A stretch of DNA of 64,000 nucleotides from an uncultured archaeon (lineage in GTDB: Archaea; Aenigmatarchaeota; Aenigmatarchaeia; PWEA01; JAGHBM01), in the NCBI GenBank assembly GCA_964584335.1, contig CAZOZN010000002.1, forward strand, positions 206,513-270,512, in the 5' to 3' direction. The position numbers and the translations under genes are program-made. The notes under the pieces were generated by a model. The model saw nothing but the letters and a program-made list of their open reading frames with translations, searched no databases and had not been told where the DNA came from. Shown in pieces: positions 48,712 through 61,500 of the stretch; the first letter of the stretch is position 1, and each line of letters opens with the position of its first letter.

Positions 48712-49482
48712 CTATCTCCTTTTTCTGTATAAAATATAAATTATCAGACTGACAATTGCTAAAATTATTATGTAGTATAAAATACCGGATTCGTCTTCTT
48801 CTCCTCCCAAAGAAAAAAATCCTGTGGGAAGTTCTCTTCTTTCTTCGATATTACTTTCTTCTTCATCATTTTCTTTTACTTCTATATTCCAACTATTCCC
48901 AGTATCATTAGATTCGTAACTTTCTCTTTGAACTTCCTGATAAAACTCTTCCAATGTTTCCTCGTACTCTTCCTCGGTCCTTGCATTTATGTTGCCGGGA
49001 ACTGTTATTGCGAAACTGTATTCGTGAACGGATTTCATCCTCTCTTTTGTTCCTCCGAAGTTGGTGTCTTCAGATGAAGCTGTCGCTACTATTTTTATTT
49101 TATGGAAATTTTTTGTTATCTCGCTTATGTTATCCGGCACTTTTATTATGACTTGAACAGGAACACATTTTGCATAATTTTCTCCAAGAACTACCCATTC
49201 TTCTTCACCCATGGGATTTACGACTTTTTTATCGCTCTCTAACAAGAAATATCTTGGATTTATGCTAGTAATTATTTCGTCGCTCCCTGAGTTTTTCAAG
49301 TCGACAACCAATGGAGTTTTTCCATAGTTAAAGAATGATAATTTTACCTTTTTAATATCACCAGGGACCATTGTAAACCTTTGGTTATGTCCCACAGAAC
49401 CAAAACTGAGCTGGTCTGCGTAAGATGTTTTTGTCAATAAAAGGAATATTATTAAAAAATATACCAGATGCTTTTTTTTCAT
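48712..49482 (-). CDS. Membrane-anchored Ig-like protein
   Basis: Signal peptide, PGD..FFNYG beta-sandwich pattern, acidic linker, C-terminal TM plus basic tail. Confidence 0.75.
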   Translation of the reverse strand: MKKKHLVYFLIIFLLLTKTSYADQLSFGSVGHNQRFTMVPGDIKKVKLSFFNYGKTPLVVDLKNSGSDEIITSINPRYFLLESDKKVVNPMGEEEWVVLGENYAKCVPVQVIIKVPDNISEITKNFHKIKIVATASSEDTNFGGTKERMKSVHEYSFAITVPGNINARTEEEYEETLEEFYQEVQRESYESNDTGNSWNIEVKENDEEESNIEERRELPTGFFSLGGEEDESGILYYIIILAIVSLIIYILYRKRR

Positions 49483-49518
49483 GATATAACCTTATTTTCT
49501 TTGAAATTTATATTTTAA

Positions 49519-52500
49519 TTACCAAGAGGCGTTAGCCATTATTGTTATTACTCCTGAATATTCACCGAAATAAACCGGATAAGAGTCTATCCAGAAGTAC
49601 ATGTTGTATATTATTCCAGACTGGGGGTTTGATTGTATTGTTTTGTACGTAGTGCTGAGGTTTTCAGATGTCGGATATCCGCTACAACCCTTACACCAGC
49701 TTATGTTTCCAACTCCCAGATTAGAATACCCAGATGAAAGATGTGTTCCTTTTATGTAAATACCGTCACCATCATTTGAGTTTTTAGCTAATCCAATCTG
49801 ATAAGGATTTCCTGGTGCTGCCAATCCTTGCTGGTTGGGGTTTTCATTTCCCCAGTCTATACTGTTAGTTGATACATTCAGCACCAGTACTTTACCTATC
49901 CTTATCAGAGAGTTGGTTGTGTCGTTAGAGGGGTTATAGAATATAACATCAATGTTGTAGTAATCATCAAGATTGCCTGTTGCATTTACTATCCATAACA
50001 TGTTGCAGCTTTCATCCTGGTTTAGGTTGCATGTTTGCGGGTTTGCGTTTAAAGTGTAGAAAGGAGTCCCGCTTGCTGGGATGTTTGTGTTGGGTTCTCC
50101 CGAGGTTGAATTGTATCTTACTGCTCCTTCTATGTTACCGCAGTTGTCATCTTTACATGTTACTGTTGCATTTACAGTGAAGTTTCTGTACAAAGGAACT
50201 ATTGTATTATCCGGAGGCGTGTTTAGTTTTACCACCAACCTTCCCGCATATTCTACCTGAGTTATATTGACTGTAGAATTGTCTTCATAGTTACTGGAGG
50301 AGTTGTAGTAAAGAGAATTTTGGTTGGTTATGTTACATTTTGTATAATATATTCCATTTGAATATATACTCTTGTTTACGTACCAGTTAGCCGTAGCTCT
50401 TCCTGACGGGGATGACTCAGTAGTATTTACAAACCACTCGTGTGTGTTGTTGTATACATAGAAACTTACATTATAATCTTCTATTCCAGAGTCTGTTTCA
50501 TTGTCTTTTACGTCACATTGTAGCTGTATGGTTTCTGTTTGGTTATATTTTGAACCAGAGGGTGGAGAAAACCATTCAATTTTTGAGTAACCTCTTACGA
50601 ATATGTCTCTTTCATCAAAACCATTCTGGTAATTGTTCTTGTAAGTTGTTATATTTATTTTGTTTATTCCAACGCTCATGTCATTTGGAACAATCCAAGT
50701 GGAATTTTCCTGGTTTGATATTTCTCCCGGTTCGCTTTTCCATGACACGGAGTCAGGGATTATATTAATTCCATTCTCGTCTTCGGTCGTAGAGTTGAGT
50801 TTAACGGTTTCTCCTCTCCAGTATTCACTTTCATTTATCGGATATTGTATTGAAGTGTTTAAAATTCCCTGAAGTGTAATTGTACCGGAATCATCCGATA
50901 TTATACTTTTCTCGTAATAAAGTGAGGGCTCATCTCCTATTTCACAATGGAGTGTCTCGTCGCCAACAGGATAACCGGAAAAATCATAATCTATGCTTGC
51001 ATGGCCCGAAGAGTTTGTGTCTGATGAACCCAACTGGTCCCAAGTGGAGTTGTAGAAAACTACAGTATAATCTTCAATGGGCTGACCATTGTTGTAATCT
51101 TTTACCCTGGCTACCAGTTTTAAACTTCCCCTATTTTTATATCCCGTGGGTGATATCCATTCAACTTCCGAGTATCCCTTAACAGTAAATTCTATGTATG
51201 GAAGGGAGTCATTCATATTTCCAAGTGAATCGTTTGCATAGGCTTTTATAACGTGTTTTCCAACTAACCAGTCGTCTCCTATTCCTATGCTTATGTTTGT
51301 CCAGTTTTGGGTGTAGGGAGAGTCTGCACCATTCTCTATCATAGAAGATGAGGTTGAGTTGTACTCCCAGTATGCATAATCAGGCATATCATCCCATAGA
51401 GCGTAAGCCTTTATGGCTTCATCCTTGTATACATTAGTTTCATTTATGTTATAATTGTTATTTACTATTCTGGGTGCCTGTGTATCTTCTCCAGGAACAG
51501 CCGTATAAAGAGTGTCCGATAAAACGTAGTTTTCAGAAGCGTTGTAATAACTGGGTAAATTATCAGTTATATTGCATGTTATTAATTCATTCCCGCTGCT
51601 CTGGTCTGTATAATTCCAGTAAGCCCAGCCATCACTTCCCGTTGTGTTTGTTCCTAGTTCGTGTGTTTGGTTGTAGAATTTCACTGGATAGTCTTCTATT
51701 GATTCCGAAGAATTAGAATCCTCCACTTTACATCCTATTATACTTGAGTTACCCACGTAAATTGTATCAGGGTTGAGTTCTATTTCTGTAACAGAAGCCC
51801 ATCCCCAAGCTTCAAAATCGAGAATGCCAGTCACGTTGTAGTTTCCGAAAAAGTCCTCCCCGAAAATTCTCCATTGAACCGAACCGAGCTCGGAATCAGC
51901 GGGATAACTAAAGCTGAAGTTGGACCATGACTCGTTTCCTGACATTGATAGGGGGCTGTGCAGGCTCGAGTTAAGAAATACACCTGTATCATTTGATTCC
52001 AATACAGCCTGAGACAGCCGGTAGTTATCGGTCCAGTAAGCAGAAATCTTAAGGCTTTCTCCCTTGTGAACCACTTCCTTGCTGCTTTCGGTGCTGTACC
52101 ACTTCGGCTTTTCATTTTCTCTTGTTGTCAGCTCCAGGGTTCTTTGATAGCTTGTTTCAGAGGCGTTATAATAACTTGAAGGCTTGTCAGTTATGTTGCA
52201 TGTTATTGTTTCCGTACCGAGTGAGTTGTCTGTCCAAGTAAAGTTAGACCATCCTGTTTGGTTGGTTTTGCCTACATACATGAGGTCCGTGGAATTGTAG
52301 AAGCTTATGTTGTAATCTTCCAAATAATAATTTTCGTCATCCCTTACTCTGCAGTAGAAAGTTACCTGCTCTCCTTGGTTTATTGTTTTGGATGACGGGC
52401 TTGAATCTGTAACAGAAGCTATTCCGTAAACTTCAAATTCCATGTAAGTTAGGGTTCCATTTATATTGTCATTCAAATCATAACCGTAAATCTTTGCGAC

Positions 52501-55500
52501 ATGTTTTCCAGTATCCCAGCTGCTGTTAGTCTCCATGGTAAAGTTTGTCCATGTTCCCGAAGGGCTTAAACTCTCGTTCTTTAATGGGTTCGTTGAATTA
52601 AACTCGACCTTTGATGTACCCATTTCTTCTGTCCAGTTTGCGTATATCTTTATGTTTTGACCCCTCAAAACTGATTCCGGTTCAATTCCATATATCTCGT
52701 TTTTAAGTTTTGGCGGTTGGTCTTCTGAAAGTATTATGTTAAAGGTGTCTGTATATGTCTTTATGAAATCTGTATCATTTATTATGAACTTGACAGCCTT
52801 TTCTTCCTGCGAAGTTGTGTTTATTTCCAACACATAATAAAAAGTCGCATTGGAACCCGGGGAAACTTTACCTCCCTGACCGGTATTCCATGATACATTT
52901 CCCTGATTAAAAGAACCTCCAGTAAATTCGGTACCATTATTATACCAAATATCGCTTTCTGATATTTTCCAGTTATTTAGGAACACATGAACTATATCAG
53001 AACCGCTTATATCCCAGTCTTCTGTGCTTTGCATACTATTCTCCAAGTAAAATTCAATCCTGTATTTTTCACCCGTGTAAAGATTGAAAGTCTTGTTCAA
53101 ACCATAATCAATTAGATTGCTTGTGTTTGTATGTGTGTTGCTTGCTTCGGTTACATCATACACTGTTATATTCTTCAGGCTAACCCTTGAATCTGGTTGG
53201 GTTATGTTGAATTCATATGTTCCTATAATGTAACTACCGTTTGTATTTTCAAGTATGTTGCCGTAAGGGTCTGTGAAACCCACCCAAGCTCTATATGTAT
53301 CATTATCGCACCTTTTTGTATTCCAACTATCCCAAATGTTTCTTAGTTCCAGATAGTTGTAAGAACTAACATTTCTTCTTATCGATTCGTTTGTATCGTC
53401 CCATACAACTTCAAAGTCACCCCATCCTGTTCCTGTTTTCTTCTGAACTTTCATTAATAGGTAACCTGATGTATTTAGCTCCAATTGGTTAACAAAACTT
53501 GGAGACTGATAATACTCCCCGCTAAGAGATGTGGATATTCCGGATGCTGTTGATTCTATTTGGCCGTAGCTAGTCGAACCAACTCCCGAATCAGTGTAAT
53601 ACATATAGTAAGTTTTTTCCGAATTCGGGTTAATAGTAACATTGAAAACGACTGTTGCGTTTTCGTAATAGTTTCCATCGTATTGAGCTTCCTTTATAAA
53701 GGAGTGAATAGAACTGCCTGTTGAGTTGTAAATTCTTATTGAGTTGTTGTAGGCGTGTTCTTCTGCGAAGTTTACAAAAATTTCTGCAGGTTCTTTGTTT
53801 CTTCCAACACCATTTTCTTCGGTTACGTTTATTTCTTTTCTGTATTTCCATGAAGGGTTGAACCAATTGTCCAATATATCCTCCAGCATTACATTCTCAT
53901 TAGGGCCATATTCTTTTTCCTCGGTTTCAATATCTATAAGAGCAGATGATAAAACCTCAAAACTGAAAGTGCTGGAATTCCCTATGTTGTTTAAAGTATC
54001 ATTAGCCCAAACATAATAGTAATAATTTCCTATTTCCCATGTATCTTTGAATGAACCCCTGAAGAAATTTGTTTCAGATTCTCCGTATGATATGAGAGAA
54101 TCCGTTCCTGACATGAAAGTGGAATTTATCCAAGAGTCTGTTCTTGTTATATTGGAGAACTGTATTTCATCTATTTTACCTTCAAAGTAGCTTGTATCAT
54201 CGAAACCCCCGCCTGTCTGACTTTCTGTTGCAGAGAACGCCATATATTGACTGCCTGGTGCACTTCTAGTACATTCGTAAATGTCTTTAAGTTCTCCGTC
54301 TAAATAGGCCTTTTCGTGTGAGCCGTTGTAAACCAAAGTTAAATGGTACCATTTGTTTTGGTTTATTGTTCCGAAAATAAGGTCGTCATTACAATTCCAT
54401 ATGTTTCCTCTTAGCTCTTTGTCACTGTTAAGACCTATCTTAGTGTAGTGATAACCAGAGTTTATTGTCTTCTGGCCCAATTCCGATACTATAACACCAG
54501 AATCTTCGGCATAAACCCATAGGGAAAGTGTTTCTGTGCTCGGTGATGAAGTAAGCTGGTCGCTTATTAAGTAGTCATCGTTACCGTCAAAACTGTCTGC
54601 CCCGTCTATTTTACCTGTCTTTTGCATGTTTGTATCCGGCGTTACATATTCCGTCAAATTGTTACCCCTTGAAGTAGAATCTGTGGCATTACCCGTGTTT
54701 TGGGAGAGATGCCATATTCCTATATAATCAGTATCCCAGACACCGCTGCTGTTCTGTCTGTCCTCCGCATTGCTGTTGCCGTAGTAAAGCCAGAAGGTTG
54801 TGTTTGAAGTGGATGAAACAGCAGGCAGCCTTACCCAGACAAAGGAATCACCCGATTCATTCCACTTTTCTATCTCGTAGTCAAGCAAAGTATCATTCAA
54901 GATAAACCTTACGTCCTCCCCGTTATCCTGTGTATTCGAGTAATCTATTCTAGAGGAATTAAGTTTAACCATTACCGGGAAATCAGACAGGTCTTCCTTT
55001 ATCTTCCCCGAGTCTATTAAAAGTGGCATCCTATGATTCCAGGAAGAGTTCCAAAAGTTTTCAAGGCTTACATTTTCCATTTCAATCCAGTATTCATATC
55101 CTTCGGGACTCTCTATGTGGCTTCTTACTTTGTCTAGGCCATCCTCGTCTTCCACTTTAGATGATATGTTTATTTTCTGGCCATAACCTATTTGTTCCTG
55201 CGAAACTTCTGTTTCCGATATCTGCGGATTATCATGTATTGATATGGTCGTATAATTGTAAGAGTAAAATGTGAAGTAAGGGTGTCCTGTCTGTGAATGG
55301 GTTACGTTTATTGTATAGTTTCCTATATTCTTTGTATCGGGTATCTGATATTCTATTGAACCGTATCCTGAGCTATTGGTCTGAGAAAATCCTATATTCT
55401 CACCGTCCATTATAAAGTTTATAAATTCTCCCTCAACGGGGTTTTGTGTGTCGTTATACAACAAGACCGAGGATATTTCTATAGTGTCTCCCGTTACCGG

Positions 55501-58500
55501 ATTGTAGTTGCTTGATTTTGTTTCTGTAACAAGGGTACCGGTCCATACTTCTATGTCTCTTTTTCTTAAATCTTCATAGCCGTTTGAAGATTCTGATTCT
55601 ATTATTACTTCATTTGGCCCAAGGGAAGACGATGAATTGACTTCTATTGTTATATTGTTCCATTTTATTTCTCCTGGTGTTATATTACCAACAAATTTTT
55701 TCATACTACCACTTGTGTTTATCCAACCGTTCGGGAGCGTATAATTTAGCCATACGTTTGTTATGTTTGTGCTTGAAAGTGTGTTATTTACATATGTTGT
55801 AATATTTACAGTGTTTGTTCTGGTAATGTTTTGAGGATAGTTGTATTCTATTATTTCTAATCCTACTGACCTTACTTTAAGTATCTGGCTTTCTTGAGTG
55901 TACCAGTTTCTATTTTCGGAACCCGGGTTAATGTAACTCAGGTTTGCAGTTATGTTGTAGTCTCCCACCGGAGTAGAACTGTTTGTTTGTATTACAAAAC
56001 TGGCTGTCCATGAATTTCCTCCTTTCTCATCCCCAAAATCTAGAAGGTAGTCTTTTCCTGACTGGTATGTTGCGTTTATCCATCCTATAGAACGGTCTTT
56101 ATCTGATACTCTAACCTCATCTATGTCTCCAAGGAAATACTCGTTTACTGCATTACATGATGCTCCTATTGATACGTAATTCTGCCAGTTGAAGTTTGAT
56201 TCGTTTTTGCAGTTGCTTGCCTTTTGTGCTCCATCTATGTATATCTTTTGTCCCGATAGACTGTTTACAGTATGCACTACCTTATGCCATTCACCATCCG
56301 CAACGTTTTCACCCGAAGTGCACAGGGTCTCAGAACATCCGAATTCTGTTGGCCATGTCCTTACGCATATATCTCCCCCGCTTATGTATACATGCCTGTC
56401 ATGTCCGTTTTGACAAGAACCCGTGTTACCATGAGCATGGAATATGCCTCTGTTGTTGTTTGTTGTCTTGAACCATATTTCTGTTGTGAAATTTGTTAAA
56501 GGCATTACTAAAGGAACTTCTACGTGGTCGTTACTTCCATCGAAATTATTTGCACCATCAAATATTCCTTTTTGGTCTAAATAGGAGTCTGACATATCCA
56601 TAGCCTCACCATTTTTACTATTTCCAGAAGAATCGTAATGGTCATTGTAACTTCCGCTGGTCCTTGAAGTTTCTTCAAGATGATGAACCATCATATAGTT
56701 TTCATCCCAGACACCGCTGCTGTTCTGTCTGTCCTCCGCATTGCTGTTGCCGTAGTAAAGCCAGAAGGTTGTGTTTGAAGTGGATGAAACAGCAGGCAGC
56801 CTTACCCAGACAAAGGAATCACCCGATTCATTCCACTTTTCTATCTCGTAGTCAAGCAAAGTATCATTCAAGATAAACCTTACGTCCTCCCCGTTATCCT
56901 GTGTATTCGAGTAATCTATTCTAGAGGAATTAAGTTTAACCATTACCGGGAAATCAGACAGGTCTTCCTTTATCTTCCCCGAGTCTATTCTAATCTCTCT
57001 TTTTTTGTCCCAAGATTCGTTCCACCAGCTGGTTGACTCAAGAATATTATTTACTTCGCATGTTCCGCCATATTGTCCTGTCAAATTACATGAGCAATTA
57101 AATCCCAAAGAGTCCGGACAATTTATCGTGACATTAACATCTGTTATATTTTCCGACCAGGGATTAGTTATTTTGAAGCTGTATTCTGAGCTGTTTCCTT
57201 TGTATATTTCATCCGGCGTTAGCGATGATGTTAGCTGTTCTTTTAAATTGTGTACTGTAAATGTCTCTGATGTGATAAAAGTGGTGTTCGCGTTTTTACC
57301 CATTATTGTTATGTTCCAGTTAAATGTGTAAGTTCCTGTTGTAGCATCTTTAGGTATTCTGTAACCGTTTGAGGAATTATCGAACATCTTGGTGCAGAAT
57401 TGGTTTTTTTCTATATTGCTGCAATTTTTGGTTTCATTCGGACCCCAGCTGACTTTCTCTCCGTCTTTAAGTATGTTGAGTGTCACATTTACGTTTACTG
57501 CTTCTGACTCAAGACTTTGTATTGTTATATTTATCCAGTCTATGCTGTCTCCTATTTCATATTCGTTTATGTCACTTTCGTAAAGATTTTCATGTGTTAT
57601 ATTTTCTACTTCGAATTCAGGTGAAACTATCTCAAATTCACTGGTAGCCATAATATATCCTCCACCGTCAAATTCAAGCATGTTTCCCATATTGTCCGCT
57701 AGGTATGCAATTATTCTGTATAATCCTGGCTGGTTCATGTCGCTGTTCCACGAGCCTTCCGATTCCCATATTTCTGAAAGGTTTAGGTATCTTCCTGAAC
57801 TTATGTTTCTTTTGTTATCAAATCCTGCATCGTTTACAACGACCTCCACACCACTCCAACCAAACTCGTTATTTTTCTGAACTTTCATAACTACATAACC
57901 GTATGTGCTGTTATCACCTGTGTTTTCTATTATTGAACCAAGCTCCTGTTCCGAACCAACCTTTTCTAGCTCAGGCTCTTCTTTTATGTATTTTCTTCCC
58001 TTTACCCAGTCTATCTTGACTTGGTCGTCATCGTTGTAATTTCTTATTACGTAAGGAAGGTCATAACTGTCATGTTCGGTGCCTGTGTAATTTTTTTTGC
58101 TGCTATCGTTATGTAGCCATTCTATGTAACCATCAGTCCATTTAATTGCATATTTATGGTATTTTTCATTGGTATCTATCTGCCCGCTGAGTCCTATCGA
58201 GTTTGTTCCCATTCTCTGATAACTGTTGCTTCCGGAAGAGAACATTATATAGTTTCCCGATGTTGCGCTTGGGCCGTTTATCCAACCCCACCATACATAT
58301 GCAGAACCTACCGGGTCCCATAAAACAGATGTTTCGAATACCGTTTTTGGGTAATTTTCTTTGGTTCCTACTCCTTCACCAGAATCCAATGTAAGCTTAC
58401 CCGAGCTCACTGATGGCAATCCTGCACTGTTCCATATTGAAGATTGAAGACCTGAACTGAAATCGTCCCAGAAAAGATATATTTTTGTTCTGTTTTTTGA

Positions 58501-61500
58501 TGGTTCTCCTGCATTATCGTTTCCATAATAAATCCAATAATTTTCATCAGACTGTGAACCTGAAATGTTTTTTTGGGACCCGAACCATATTTGCGTTGAA
58601 GTTGAGTTGAACTCGGTCTCGTTCACCCAATCCAGATTTATCCATTCTGATGACGATGTATTATACCATAGAACCCTTAAATCTTTCCCGGATTTCATTA
58701 TTTTTTCTGATGATAACAAAGAGTACGTATCCAAGTTGAGGTTTAATGAGTATCCCCTTTCAAGCTTGGTTGTGTGGTTCATATTGGTGATATTCAATCT
58801 TTGCCTGTATTTCCATGAGGTATTCCACCAGCCTGTTATTGGGTTTGTAAGTTCCACTTGTTCGTTAAGCCCGTACTTGTTTTTTTCTGTCATAACCCCC
58901 ATTTTACCATTGAATCCTACATAGAATTGCAAGGGGCCTTCGCTAGTTGATGCTCCTTGTGTATTGTTTGCAAATATTGTAACATTGTAGTTTCCTTTTT
59001 GCCATGTATCCGTGAAGTTGTATTCATAAATATCGTTTGTTGTATTGGTCATTTCAAACTTAACGGTGCTTTCATTCGGATATGTCACCAATGCTTCCGC
59101 AGCATCAATACCGTCATCGTTTGTTATGTTTGCTGTTATTAGTGTTGAGTACCCGTATCCCATTATATCGGGATCCAGGGTTATGTCTGTTATATTAGGC
59201 GGAGCAGTTGCTTCGAAAGACTTAATGCTGCTTTCTTGTGATTCGTATCCTTTCTTTTCTCCGAAACATTTCCAGTAAATTATACCTGAGGATTCAGGAG
59301 TGTAGTGAAATTCATAACGTGATGAACTTGAGTTGTATAATGTCGGGGTGTAGTTGGTCAGACCCGATTTGTTTATTTCGAAGTTTATGTCCGCATTAAT
59401 TATATCTTGACCATTCCTTGATCTCTCGTAGTCACACCAAAGTGTTGTATTTTGTCCTACCATAGCCTGCCCAGAAACTTTACCGTTTTCTATCAGGGTC
59501 TGGGCTATTTCTGTGGTAAAATTCATCATATCCGTCTTGTTAACAAGTCCGTTGCTGTCGTTAACCCATATTCTCCAGAAAACATTTGTGCCTACTGCAA
59601 CGGATTCATTCTGCCATTCGAACTCGGTTTTTAGCGGACCTTCTCCGCTTAGCTCCATAGGCGAAAGATATGTTGTCTTATTTTTCCATTCCCCGGTCTC
59701 ATTTGTTTCAAGCCAGCCCCATCCAAGGTTTGCATTTTCAGTCCATATTGCGCTCAATTCCATTGTTTCTCCTGTCTGAGGAGTTTCGTCTATGTAGCCC
59801 TTTACATTCTGTGTCTGGGAGCTCCATTTAGGTGCTTCGCTATCCTGTAATACAGTTAGTGTGTGATTTTTACATCTGTTTGAAGTTTCGTTGTAAAATA
59901 AGTTTACGCTGTCTGATATGTTGCATGTCATGTTGTAGTTACCGCTTGAAGTCTCGGAGAATGATTTTTCCGCCCATCCCGTTGAATTGGTGTAATCCAG
60001 TCCCAAAGAACTGCCGTTTTTAAAGAATTCTACTTCGTAACCGTTCAACGGCTCACCGGAATCATAATCCCTTACTCTGCAGTATAATGCAGAGGTCTGT
60101 GACTGATAAATCGTGGAGGGATTTAATAACGATTGGTTAATCTCTGAACGGCCCCATACTTCTATATTTACTTCTTTTGAGTCGGAGTAGTAATATTGCT
60201 TATATGTGTCTAAAGTTATTGTTTCTTCTCCGGGCAAATATGATGAGGGAACTTGCCAGGTTGTGTTCTCCCCTGTAGCAATAACAGAAGAAGAGTCGCT
60301 CCAGTTTGCAGTTACCTGGATATTCTGTCCCAAATCATCCAGCGTGGTTGATTTCATATCCAAATTATCCAGTTTTTGATGTATGCTGCCCTGCAATGGG
60401 TTAATTATTGTTGTGTTCAGCGAGCCGTATAAAACCAGTGACTGTGAATCAGTTTCAGGATTATTTTCTAATTCGTAATAATCTTTTGAGCTGTCTATCT
60501 TGCATGTTATATCTTCCGGCCCCACATTATATGAACTGGCATCCCATGAAAGAGTCGAATAACCTTCAGAGTCGGTTGTGTTTGAACCGAGCACGTCAAA
60601 ACCTCCGTCATAGAAACCTACACTGTACCCCCCTATACCTTCTCCTGTATCTTTGTCTGTTACCCTGCACCGGAGTTTTATTATTCCTCTAGTCTGTGCA
60701 CCACTAGGGCTTACCCAGTTTATTTTTGATGTTCCGTATAAATCAAATTCCAAGTAGTCAAGAGTATTGTTCATGTTCCCAAAGGAGTCGTTTGCATAGA
60801 TTTTTGCCAAATGCTTACCGACAATCCAGCCATTGTCTATGTTTATTGTGTAATTTGTCCAGTTCCCGTTATAGGATTCATCATCAGCTCCTGATTCAAC
60901 AAAATAATTTGATGTTGAATTGTATTCAATGTATGAATATTCCGGAGTTTCATTCCACTTGGCATAAAAAACTATAGAATCTCCCCTGTATAGAATAGTG
61001 TCGTTTTTACCGTATATTTCATTGTAAAGCTTGGGTGCATCCACATCTTCCCCGGGCAATGCAACTCTTAGAGATTCGTTACTGTAATATGAGCTTGATT
61101 TGTTATATTTTAACGTTTCATTATTTTGTATAAAACATTGCAAGTTGAATATGCCGTTTTGGTTCATTGTAAAGTTCCAGCTCGCCCACCCGCCAACATC
61201 AGTAAGGTTTGAACCAATCACGTCTGTTCCATTGTAAAATGTTACCGGATAATTCTCTATTGCTGATGATGTGTTGGAATCCTCTACTTTACAAAGCATT
61301 TTTGTAGAATTACCTACGTATATTGGCTCTTCTGTCAGAGAGCTTTCTGTAACAGAAGCCCATCCCCAAGCTTCAAAATCGAGAATGCCAGTCGCGTTGT
61401 AGTTTCCGAAAAAGTCCTCCCCGAAAATTCTCCATTGAACCGAACCGAGCTCGGAATCAGCGGGATAACTAAAGCTGAAGTTGGACCATGACTCGTTTCC

